From contig OZ024741.1 in the NCBI GenBank assembly GCA_964016885.1, forward strand, positions 343,852,001 to 343,916,000: a DNA stretch of 64,000 bases, in the 5' to 3' direction. Each line of letters opens with the position of its first letter. The first letter of the stretch is position 1. Source of the stretch: Eledone cirrhosa. Lineage: Eukaryota. The position numbers and the translations under genes were made by a program. Shown piece after piece: positions 1-13,592 of this stretch. The notes beneath the pieces are model-generated. The model did no database searches and was not told the origin of the DNA. It saw only the letters and a program-made list of their open reading frames with translations.

Positions 1-639
1 ATATTTGCTAATTTTGCCTATATCAGATTTAGAGGGGCATATAAGTCTAATATTAGGGTTAGTATCGAAGTTTACCTTGTGGTCCTTCAGGTTGAAGGAT
101 GGTATAGCTGGTGTTAAGGGTTGCGTTCTATCGTCAATACAAAGTTTTTTAACAATTTCACATGCCGAGTTGTTGATGTTTTTAAGTGTAGCTTCATTAG
201 TTTTCCTGTATTTTTTATGCAATTCCTTACGGATGAAGTTATTGTAAGTGTCCACATCCATGGTATATACGTTTGATGTTTTGTCTGCTCTAACAATAAT
301 TCCATTGGCGTTTTTTAGATTATTGAGCAGTGCCGTGATGTCATTCTGTAGTTTATTGTTCTTCCGTTTTGTAAATTTGATCTCCATGATCATATCCATT
401 AGGTCTTGTTCAAATGCATCCAAAAGTGGGTTTGAGGGTGGGTTCTTGTAAGATTTAAATCCAAATTTATCCTTGTTAAGATCCGATGTTTGGTTTATAC
501 GGCTTTTGTCAAAATGGAATGTTTTCCGTCTGATTCGTCGAATAAAATCATTGGTCCTTCGTAGCATACCTAGAATATATTCCCTTTTTGCCTGAATAGG
601 TATGTTTTTTAACGACATATCCAATTGGTGCCTTTCCAT
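1..639 (-). CDS. N-terminal part of a Penelope-like retroelement RT ORF (runs off the left window edge)
   Basis: Manual translation from ATG at 639: MERHQLDMSLKNIPIQAKREY...KFGFKSYKNPPSNPLLDAFEQDL...RADKTSNVY...LKDHKVNF...IRLICPSKSDIGKISKY. Colinear with the PLE ORF at 52518-54686 (KNIPIP, FGF, SDKTGN, LKDHK, KSDIGRISK). Absent from the ORF track because there is no stop inside the window. Confidence 0.9.
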   Translation of the reverse strand, partial: MERHQLDMSLKNIPIQAKREYILGMLRRTNDFIRRIRRKTFHFDKSRINQTSDLNKDKFGFKSYKNPPSNPLLDAFEQDLMDMIMEIKFTKRKNNKLQNDITALLNNLKNANGIIVRADKTSNVYTMDVDTYNNFIRKELHKKYRKTNEATLKNINNSACEIVKKLCIDDRTQPLTPAIPSFNLKDHKVNFDTNPNIRLICPSKSDIGKISKY

Positions 640-685
640 TTTAGAGGCGTATGCTGAATTAGTTGCTCAACTGTATAGGAGATTA

Positions 686-1436
686 ATAAAATTTCAGGTT
701 ATCAATAATGTAGTGATAATATATCGTTACGTTAGAGATGAACAGCGTACGTGCAGGTTTGCTCAACGAGTATAAATTATATTCCGGAGAAAATGTAGAA
801 AGGATGAATATAAAATGAAAGTGCTTTTTTTTAAAAAGGAATTTATTAGGTATTGAAATATGTTTCTGTAACAGACGGAATACCTATGTATCGCTGCTTG
901 CGTAATCATATAATGTTAGCAAGTATTCGATAGCAAATGTATAATCAGTTGTCACTTCTTCAGAGATTTTGGATAAATTGGATAAAATCAGAAAAATTGA
1001 AGTATATATATTAGTAATAGAGGAAGAAAAAGAGGGGATAGTATATGACAGATGGTAAATCAAATTACTGCTAAACAAGTATATAATGGGTTTCTAATGA
1101 GAATACCATGAGTAAATGGTTCATTTTATCTAAATAAGAATTTTTGGGAGTGCCAATTTTAATCTCTACTTGACCAATTGGACAGTGGACAGGGCTGGTC
1201 ATTTGGTGTAGTAGTATTAATTATAAAGTGTCAATTGGGGAAGGTGGAGATTTCGATTGCTACTGAATAACATCAATGCTAGTAGCCAGCTGGTATATGC
1301 ATTTCATTTTATATTCATCCTTTCTACATTTTCTCCGGAATATAATTTATACTCGTTGAGCAAACCTGCACGTACGCTGTTCATCTCTAACGTAACGATA
1401 TATTATCACTACATTATTGATAACCTGAAATTTTAT
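686..1436. repeat. Inverted pseudo-LTR pair of the PLE at 1-639 (~135-bp arms at about 686-820 and 1302-1436)
   Basis: atttcaggttatcaataatg...aaggatgaatataaaatgaaa is the reverse complement of tttcattttatattcatcc...ttgataacctgaaat; the right arm runs into (TA)n. Confidence 0.85.
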
Positions 1437-1450
1437 ATATATATATATAT

Positions 1451-1786
1451 ATAATATAAGATCAAAAGATGGTTAAAGGAGTTCCATCTATTTTATTATG
1501 CGCATTTCAAAAACAAACATCATCATGCAATAATATTTGTGTTTTCATCAGATAAAACAGGAGAACATGATATGAAGGCTAAAAAACACTTGTGGATAGT
1601 GCAGTTTTAAATCAACATATGTTGATTTAAAACTGCACTATCCACAAGTGATTTTTAGCCTTCATATCATGTTCTCCTGTTTTATCTGATGAAAACACAA
1701 ATATTATTGCATGATGATGTTTGTTTTTGAAATGCGCATAATAAAATAGATGGAACTCCTTTAACCATCTTTTGATCTTATATTAT
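1451..1786. repeat. Near-perfect 336-bp palindrome with no spacer, carrying a hammerhead motif in each arm
   Basis: Centre catatg at 1618/1619; one mismatch seen between arms; the left arm abuts (TA)n. Confidence 0.95.
1680..1746 (+). ncRNA. Type I minimal hammerhead ribozyme (mirror copy at 1491-1557 on -)
   Basis: ttttat-CTGATGA-stem II (aaacacaaatattatt...gatgatgtttgttttt)-GAAA-TGCGCA-TA-ataaaa; stem III is self-complementary, as in PLE-type dimeric HHRs. Confidence 0.8.
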
Positions 1787-1872
1787 GCATACTCCAGTCC
1801 TACAAACTGTAGAGTGCTTCTTATCCGATATCTGCATTGCTTTATTGTACTACAATAAAACTCACCTCCTAC

Positions 1873-1921
<49 letters not shown>

Positions 1922-2652
1922 CGCACACATACACATATATATACAAAAAGTAAGCAGCAATAAATAAAAACAACAACATAGCTCAATGCTAAAATATATT
2001 ATTTTAACACTTCATATAGGTGGAAAAGAGATTTTCTGTGTCGGACACTGGTCCTTCTGCAGGAGATGTAATGAGAAATAAAAGATGAAATAGAACGTTA
2101 GAATGTAAGAAGTGTAAGGAACGGGAAAAAAACTTTGAGAGAAAGCACGTATGTGTTCAGTCAGCTATATTTATTTGGACGACATCGGTCACGTTGATTG
2201 CGGAGACACCAATGCACATGTAACTTGATTTTCCATTAAAAAATACATGTCCAGAGCTAACGAGCTTTACAATACATATAAAGGGCCCCAGCAATTCACC
2301 TTTATACCAGTCTATATATTAAATATCGAATAATCATATTAGCGGTCACACTGCATTCAATTCATTCGTTTAGTTGTTTTCAAAAATTAAGAAAACCTTT
2401 ATCTCTTTCTTTAAAGAAATGTTAATTTTCGACATGCATTTCGTCTGTTTCATAGATATACATTAAATGCCCAGACAAAATAACCTCTAATAACGCCCCA
2501 TAGAGCAAAATATTTCATTTATTAGTTCGTTTCCATCGACAAGATAGATTGTTGGCTGCCATCATGGTATTCGTAGCAAAATAAAATGGACGCCAGCATG
2601 GCAGGATTGTTCAAAAGTATGCTTCGCAATCATAAGGATGCAGATCAAATAA

Positions 2653-2817
2653 CCGTATTTCCCGGCCCCGAAGACGCTTTGTCCTCGAGGACGCACCATA
2701 TTTAATTTTGACAACCAAAAATTAAAAAAATTATAATGAACAACCTTCGGCCTCCAGGACAAATTTTTGAGACTTATTTTAGGAAAAAGGTAGCGTCTTC
2801 GATGCCGGGAAATACGA
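2653..2817. mobile_element. MITE with CCGTA termini (Tc1/mariner, Tc2/pogo-like)
   Basis: TIRs ccgtatttcccggccccgaagacgc / gcgtcttcgatgccgggaaatacga; TA on the right flank. Confidence 0.7.
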
Positions 2818-4525
2818 TATATTGTTTGGGTTTGGGCAGGTGTCATTTATCATAGTCTCATGTCAATACATGCCATTTGCGTGAACTTGTGTAGTCGGAA
2901 ACTCTTTGGAAGCCATTTGTTTGCAATTTTGAAAGCCAGTCTTTTCACACGTTGTGTCTGGTTAAATCGCCTCGAGGATTACATTTATAGTACACGTGTC
3001 TCAGGAATGCTAATTTACATGGTAACTTCAGGAGCAAACTGCTCATTCGATCGAACACCTGGAACACTCATCATAGAAACCGGTGGATGTCATTTCCTGT
3101 AAAATAAAAGTGAAACAAGCACGAAAAACGAAATATGATGTTGAAGAAACGTATAATAGCGATAATAATAGAACATCCAAGGGAGACAATAAAATGGACA
3201 ACGACTACACAAACAATAATACGCAAAGAATTATACATATTATATGATGAGTAAAACTCGGGGAGAATAGAAAAAAAACAGTGGTTAGGAACAGAAATCG
3301 TGATGATTAGGCACAGTGTGGGGGGGGGGGGGGGAAGTAGCGATAAGGAAAGAAATGATGACCAAGACATAAAATGTAGGTTTGAATGAAATATTGCTCA
3401 ATGAAGAAAAACAGTGATGAAGAACAAATTTGTCGGAGGAGGAAAAAACTAAGTGCAGAAGAAACATGTTTATGAATACCAAAAATGTAACTGAAGTTGT
3501 AAATGATGGCTAATAACAAAAATGACCGTAAAACTAAAAATGGCGGTCTAGAGCAAACTAGAGAAATAAAAACAGTGTCGAAGAAGAAACTGTGAGAAAG
3601 GATAAACATGGTGGATGAGCAGGTAATAAACGTTATGAGGACTAGAAAATGGCGGTGATGAACAGAATTAATGGAGAAAAGCAACGTGGCGTTGTAGAGG
3701 AAAAATATTGGTCAAACGTTAGGATAGATACGTTAGTAAAGACCGATAACCCGAAGAAAATATATGGTTCACAAAATGGATTATGTAAATATATTGTGTG
3801 CATGAAGAAGCGAATTCTAACGTTTTAAACTGGAACTTTAGTGGGAGAAAACCAATGAATTTTGCATAGAGGACGGAAGTAAAAGAACGAAAATCAAAGG
3901 TATCCTTATGAACATCGACAAGAAATGGAGAAGGAGAATAATTTTGTAAAACAGAAAATAATAAACAGAAAATAATAAAAAATAACGGAAAATAACAAGA
4001 AATAACCAAAAATTTAAATTTTTAAAAATACGAATAAAAGAGTTGTGCATAAAAATCGACAAAAAGTATTTGAAAATACGTAAAATAATACAAAGAATAA
4101 AATATAGGGAATGAAAATAAACAGAGAAGTTGTGAAGAGTGTAGAAGTAAAGGAAGAAGAAGAAATATGATATTATAAATTAGAACTAAGAAGAAATTGA
4201 TCGAAAAATGAAGAAATATGCCAAATTCAGTAGAATAAGTATAACTACAGATTAAATATTTACAAGTGAAAGTAAATCGTGAAAATAAACGTGAAAGAAA
4301 ACAGAAAATTCTGGAAGAAATTATTCTCAAGACTTGCTCAGAAAAAAATATTTACAACTCGAATATAGAACGAAAAAGAATAGAAAAGGAAAATGAAGAA
4401 GAAATGGGAAGGAGGAAATGAGAAGAATGAAAAATTTTGAAGAACAAATAAAAAAAAACACATGAAGAATATAGAAAACGGCATAGAAGAATGAAACAAA
4501 ACCATATAAATGAATTAAGTGAAAA

Positions 4526-7166
<2,641 letters not shown>

Positions 7167-8183
7167 GTACCCCACTTCTTTCTTTCTGTCTCTTCCTACC
7201 AAATTTACTGAAAACAGACATACACAAATTGTTTGATTGTACGTCAGTCTCTCTGACTGTTTCTCTCGCTCGAATACAGTTTCCTCCCTTTTTCTCGTAC
7301 GCAATACACTTTAGTCCCCAAATATGCCCATTGTAAAGGAAATGCTAGGGACGAGTCATTATTAAACAGTCGGTAGATGGCGGTGATGATTGTCTCGCCT
7401 CGTCTTATTGTTGCAAATGACTCTCAAAGAGCAGTGCTTAGGGAAAATGGATGGTGGGAGAATCAGTCGATATTTATAACAAATAACCACACACGCCTAC
7501 CCACACATACACATTTCCCCTAAAAGTACTCAAGAATTATCTCCCTTTCAAAAACTCTCTAATATCAAAGATGAATTCTGACCAGCACTTTGCAAAAATG
7601 GCTAACTCAATACACGCGTGATATTTCTCCAAAAACATTTCCCCCGTTTCTTCCCCTTCTAACGCTACTCTATCTTTCCATTTCTTCTTTTATTTCTCAT
7701 TCTATCTTCTGATGAAAGATTAATGTGCGAAACGTCACGGCTATTTAACTGGCGTTAAATTGATATATATGTTCATTATCCTGTATCATTTGCGGTGTTG
7801 TTTTTCATTTACTTTTCGCGCGCACACACACACTCAATCATATGTGTGTGTGCGCTCGAAAAATAAACGGAACATGTGCCATTGTCCTATGTTTCCCCCT
7901 TCTATCGGTATGTTTTCTTCTTTCTTCCTTCTTTTTTTCTCTCCTTTTTTCCTTTTTTTCTTTCTTTCTCTCTATTCGCTATCGCTTCTTTCCCTCATCG
8001 CCTTTGATAGATAAAAAGCTATGGGCACGCTACGGATAGATGTATTATCTATAATGCGCTGAAACATCTGTGACCCGTAGTAGATAACTGATGAAGGGAA
8101 ACTGTCCATCTCTTGTTTGTGTCGCCTTACTTTCTAACACTCGTTATCAGTACCACACAGCCCCGTCTCTCTCTATCCATATT

Positions 8184-8215
<32 letters not shown>

Positions 8216-8302
8216 ATGGAAAATTTGAACAGGAACAAAACAGAGAGGCAGTACAACGAATGTTTATTAATTTCACGCTCTTGAGAGCGGGGTGGTGGTG
8301 GG

Positions 8303-8338
8303 GAACGACGTTTCGGGCATAAGCCCTTCTTCAGGTGA
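8303..8338 (-). ncRNA. Minimal PLE-type hammerhead motif (stem I degenerate)
   Basis: Minus strand: tcac-CTGAAGA-a-gggc-ttat-gccc-GAAA-CG-TC. Confidence 0.55.
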
Positions 8339-8415
8339 AAAGTGTATGGGAAGAGAGTTCAAAGGGTGTGTAGGGGAGTGGTGGAGAGATACATAGCGAA
8401 AGGGGGGGGGAACGG

Positions 8416-8448
<33 letters not shown>

Positions 8449-8459
8449 GTATATATATA

Positions 8460-8588
8460 TATTAGAAAGTGAACAACACAAAATATAACTACTCCATTAC
8501 AAAAGTTTTCTGGTATATTATTATTGTCTGTGATCCAGAAACCTTTGGTAATGGAGTAGTTATATATTCTGTTGTTCACTTTCTAATT
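8460..8588. repeat. Short inverted repeat (~54-bp arms) next to (TA)n
   Basis: attagaaagtgaacaac...ttctgg / ccagaaacc...gttgttcactttctaat. Confidence 0.8.
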
Positions 8589-8659
8589 AAATAGCTCTGT
8601 TCTATACATAGAGCACTCTTTTTTCCTTTGCTTTTTCTTCGGAATTACCTAACATTTGT

Positions 8660-8798
8660 AGCATAGAGTTACGGCCCTTTATGATCTGAGTTCAAATCCC
8701 GCTGTGGTTAACTTTGCCTTTCATCCCTACGGGGTCGATAAAATAAAGTACCAGTAATACACTGGGATAATTGCAGGCCTTGTGTCAAAAGTAGAGAC

Positions 8799-8802
<4 letters not shown>
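8660..8802 (+). mobile_element. tRNA-derived SINE with Meta-like core (5'-truncated)
   Basis: B box gagttcaaatccc; core ctttgcctttcatcc..ggggtcgataaaataaagtaccagt; tail gccttgtgtcaaaagtagagacaatt. Confidence 0.85.
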
Positions 8803-8863
<61 letters not shown>

Positions 8864-9257
8864 ATCCCCACTCCCCGTGAGCTGGAGCGGCCTCTTCTGG
8901 GAGACATTACAAGCTGAAACTACCCCCAACACGGCATCGGAACTTTACCTCATTAATATACCAAGTTTCGCCATTTGCTATAAAGACAATATTCAGTCAC
9001 TACTACATTATTTAAGTTTTCCCCAAAACATTAAATCAAGTTTTATTACAGGACTTATATCCCTGTTTTTATTTTATTTTTCAGATTTGAACACCTTTAA
9101 ACGAAGGTTTGTTTTGATATGGAAAAACCTCCAAAGAACTAATGAAAGTCAAACGATAGAACATACAATATGTATGGGCATAGTTTACTTTGTATATTTC
9201 AAAAGGAAAGGTGGCGATGACTTTACAGAATAATACACACAGACATATAAACATATG

Positions 9258-9294
<37 letters not shown>

Positions 9295-9649
9295 GCGTCG
9301 GCCTATCGCTATATATGTATTTAACTAAATATTTACCTACATACCACTCTGGATATGTGTGTGAATACTTATGTATGTTTGTATGTATGTTTATACATAC
9401 ATACATACTTATATATACATTTAAGGACACATTTATGTGAATACATCATTTAGCTGAATAGATGAATGGATTTATGACCATATGTAGGCAAGAAAAGATA
9501 CAGACAGCAGATAGGAAGCTGCATATGCTGTGAGAAATATAGAAATATGAAGGAGGAGAGCGTCATTTAATGGGGATATATATAGGTTGTTACAGTGAGA
9601 GAGGGTGAAGAGTAGGATGTCACTTTATAGCATAAGAGTGTATGAAAGG

Positions 9650-11530
9650 GGTAGTTAATATGAGGGAGGGTGAAGAGTGACTTGTGAGTATATAGCGTAG
9701 GAGTGTGTGGAAATGGTAGTTAATATGAGGGAGGGTGAAGAGTGACTTGTGAGTATATAGCGTAGGAGTGTGTGGAAATGGTAGTTAATATGAGGGAGAG
9801 TGAAGTGTGAGGTGTGAGTATATAGCGTAAGAGTGTGTGGAAATGGTAGTTAATATGAGGGAGGGTGAAGAGTGAGGTGTGAGTATATAGCGTAAGAGTG
9901 TGTGGAAATGGTAGTTATAATGAGGTTGAGTGAAGTGTGAGGTGTGAGTATATAGCGAAGGAATGTGTGGAAATGGTAGTTATAATGAGGTTGAGTGAAG
10001 TGTGAGGTGTGAGTATATAGCGTAGGAATGTGTGGAAATGGTAGTTATAATGAGGTTGAGTGAAGTATGAGGTGTGAGTATATAGCGTAAGAGTGTGTGG
10101 AAATGGTAGTTATAATGAGGTTGAGTGAAGTGTGAGGTGTGAGTATATAGCGTAGGAATGTGTGGAAATGGTAGTTATAATGAGGTTGAGTGAAGTATGA
10201 GGTGTGAGTATATAGCGTAAGAGTGTGTGGAAATGGTAGTTATAATGAGGTTGAGTGAAGTGTGAGGTGTGAGTATATAGCGTAGGAGTGTGTGAAAATG
10301 GTAGTTATAATGAGGTTGAGTGAAGTGTGATGTGTGAGTATATAGCGTAGGAGAATGTGGAAATGGTAGTTATAATGAGGTTGAGTGAAGTGTGAGGTGT
10401 GAGTATATAGCGTAGGAGTGTGTGGAAATGGTAGTTATAATGAGGTTGAGTGAAGTGTGATGTGTGAGTATATAGCGTAGGAGTGTGTGGAAATGGTAGT
10501 TATAATGAGGTTGAGTGAAGTGTGATGTGTGAATATATAGCGTAGGAGTGTGTGGAAATGGTAGTTATAATGAGGTTGAGTGAAGTGTGAGGTGTGAGTA
10601 TATAGCGTAGGAGTGTGTGGAAATGGTAGTTATAATGAGGTTGAGCGAAGTGTGAGGTGTGATTATATAGCATAGGAGTGTGTGGAAATGGTAGTTAAAG
10701 TAAGGGAGAACGAAGAGGGAGGTATAATTTTATAGCGTAGGTGAGTGTATATTTGGTAGTAAAAATGAGGGAGAGGGAAATGTGAAGTGTGAGTATATAG
10801 AGTAGGAGTGTGTAGAAGAGGTAGTAACAATGAGGGAGGGTGAAGATGGAGGTATGAATTTATAGCGTAGGATAGTGTAGAAGTGGTAGTTAAAATGAGG
10901 GAGGGGGAAGAAGTTTATAGCGAAGGAGAGTGTAGGAGAGGTAGTTAAAATGAGAGAGGTCGAAGAAGTTTATAGCGAAGGGGAGTGTAGGAGAGGTAGT
11001 TAAAATGAGAGAGGTCGAAGAAGTTTATAGCAAAGGAAAGTGTAGAAGAAGTGGTTAAAATGAGAGAGAGGGAAGAAGTTTATAGCGAAGGAGAGTGTAG
11101 GAGAGGTAGTTAAAATGAGAGAGGTCGAAGAAGTTTATCGCAAAGGAAAGTGTAGAAGAAGGGGTTAAAATGAGAGAGAGAGAGAAGAAGTTTATAGCGA
11201 AGGAGAGTGTAGGAGAGGTAGTTAAAATGAGAGAGGTCGAAGAAGTTTATAGCGAAGGGGAGTGTAGGAGAGGTAGTTAAAATGAGAGAGGTCGAAGAAG
11301 TTTATAGCGAAGGAAAGTGTAGAAGAAGTGGTTAAAATGAGAGAGAGGGAAGAAGTTTATAGCGAAGGAGAGTGTAGGAGAGGTAGTTAAAATGAGAGAT
11401 GGGGTGGGAGAATTTTATAGCGAAGGAGAGTGTAGGAGAGGTAGTTAAAATTCGAGAGGAGGAAGTTTGTAGCGAAGGAGAGTGTAGGGTAGGTAGTTAT
11501 AATAAGAGAGGTCGAAGAGTGAGATGTGAG
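9650..11530. repeat. Purine-rich minisatellite: 65-bp unit (to ~10700) grading into a related 55-bp unit
   Basis: tgtggaaatggtagttataatgagg... recurs at 9901, 10031 and 10161 (130 bp per two units); gtagttaaaatgagagagg... recurs at 10941 and 10996. Confidence 0.9.
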
Positions 11531-11749
11531 CTTATAGCGTGGGGATAAATTAAACGATTGGGTGTGAAGTGCAGAGATGGTAGGGTAGGCTAGGAAAAGT
11601 GTATGGTGTGTAGGTGGGGGGAGGTATCGCATACCCTGGTGTCTTGGTGGAATATCGATTTGCATCGATATGTGATTATTTGAATATTGATTGTAGCTGT
11701 CTGAAATATGAAAGAAAAACTAGTAGAAAAAAATTGGTAAATTGAGTAA

Positions 11750-12680
11750 TGTGGTGATGGTGGTGGAGGAGGAACGTGATGATGGTAGCGATAATGTTGC
11801 TGGTGGAGGAGATGGAAGTGATGATGGTGGAGGTTGGTCGTGGTAGTGGTGGTGGTTGTGGTGGTGTTGGTGTTGGTGTTGGTGGTGGCGGTGGTTGTGG
11901 TGGTGGCGTTCGTGGTGGTGGTGGAGGAGGAGGAGATGGAAGTAACGGTGGTGGAGGTTGGTGGTGGTAGTGGTGGTGGTTGTGGTGGTGTTGGTGTTGG
12001 TGTTGGTGGTGGCGGTGGTTGTGGTGGTGGGGTTCGTGGTGGTGGTGGAGGAGGAGGAGATGGAAGTAACGATGGTGGAGGTTGGTGGTGGTAGTGGCGG
12101 TGGTGGTGGTAGCGTTGTTAGGGATGCAGGTGACGGAGGTTGTTAATGTTGTGGTTGTGGCGGTAGTGGTGGTGATGGGGGCGGGGCTGTACCGGGGGCA
12201 GTGTCGGCGTTAGTGATGGTATTGGTGCTTGTAGTACTGGCTTTGGGTTTATTATAGTGGAGGATGAAGCGTAGGTGGTGGTAGTGGGAGTGGTGCAACA
12301 CTGGTATATTAATTTTCTTGCTGATGCTGTTGTGGTGGTAGTGGCAGCGGCAGCGGTGGTGGCGGTGGTGGCGTTGGTGGGTAGTGAAATGGTGGTTGTC
12401 GGTGGGTATCGGATTTGTGATATATTCCATATTGTCAGTAGTGGTGTTAAATTGTGCTCTGTGATGTTATAAGTGGTAGCGAATGGTGAGGGTTGTGGTG
12501 GTGGTGGTGGTGGTGGTGGTGGTAGGGGCGGGGGTGGGGGTGGTGCTGATGGTGGTGGTCTTTTTTTTATTGTTCTTATTGATGGTTTGCGGTAGTTGTG
12601 GTGCTAATTGTGGTGTTGGTGGTGGTTGTGGTTGTAGTGGTGGCGATGGCGGCTTTGGTTGTAACTGTGTAAAACGTCGT
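11750..12680. repeat. (GGT)n-rich low-complexity tract with a 124-bp internal duplication
   Basis: Degenerate GGT triplets; the block starting 11834 is repeated from 11958. Confidence 0.85.
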
Positions 12681-12789
12681 AAGAAGTATGGTTATGGAAG
12701 ATATGGCATTTCTGATGATTGACTTGGTAGTATTAGTGGCGAAGCAAGATGTTGGCATAAATTCTGGGGATGGTAGGAATGGTGAGATG

Positions 12790-13101
12790 CTTAGATGGGT
12801 GCCTAGAACTCATCTGACTTTGAGAGAGATATATGCAGGCCTCCCACTCATATCTGTTGTTGTACGTAAAAGGAGAGTAAGATTTGCTGGCCACTGCCAT
12901 CGTGCCACCTATGAAGCTGTGTCCCGATTAATACTTTGGAAACCACAAGTAGTCACTAATAACAAGGGGTGCAAGCTCTCCTACCTCGATGTCATCTCCA
13001 GAGATTCTGGTATTCAAATCCAGGACTTGGCAACGACAATGAACGACAGACCCACGTGGAGGTCAATTGTTGAGTCCATTTCGGCTGAGGCCGCCTGGTG
13101 A
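12790..13101 (+). mobile_element. 3' fragment of an RTE/RTEX-type LINE ORF
   Basis: HLTLREIYAGLPLISVVVRKRRVRFAGHCHR...LILWKP...MNDRPTWRSIV, a typical RTE C-terminus. Confidence 0.75.
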
Positions 13102-13412
13102 ATGAAGGTATGATGACTATGTTATTGTGTCTTTTTGTGGTATTGATTCTGGTGATTACGATGGTTGTGTCCATGTTGTTCATGTTTGTGGTAAAGATAA
13201 TATTTGTTAGGTTGATGGTTGCAGTAGTGTCTTTAGTTATAGCATTTCTTGTAATACGATAGTTATAGTGTATATAAGACGGAAAAATAGCTGACAGAGC
13301 CCTTAGAATGTTGAATAGAATGCGTTGCAGTATTCGTTCCGGTCCTTTACGTTTTAAGGTCAAACCAACCGAGGTCAACTTTAACTTTCTTCCACACGAG
13401 GTTGATAAAAAT

Positions 13413-13592
13413 AATTGTTTCTACTTTTGGCACAAGGCCAGCAATTACCCAGTACATTACTGGTACTTTATTTCATCGACCCCGTAAGGATGAAAGGCAA
13501 AGTTGACCTCGGCGGGATTTGAACTCAGAATAGAAAGGGCCGTAACTCTATGCGTCAAAGCATGACGTCCGACCCTCTACCGATACTGCCAA
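13413..13592 (-). mobile_element. Near full-length tRNA-derived SINE nested in an older, oppositely oriented SINE (about 13280-13620)
   Basis: A box tggcagtatcgg, B box gagttcaaatcc, core and tail all on -; flanked by the duplication aaaaataat (13407-13415 and 13592-13600). Confidence 0.85.

Noticed and set aside
2320-3100. Possible decayed transposase around the MITE
   Set aside because: No diagnostic motif could be read with confidence.
9650-11530. Regular array as a possible CRISPR
   Set aside because: No unique spacers, no cas genes, eukaryotic context.
11776-12722. Gly/Val-rich ORFs
   Set aside because: Products of (GGT)n low complexity, open in several frames.
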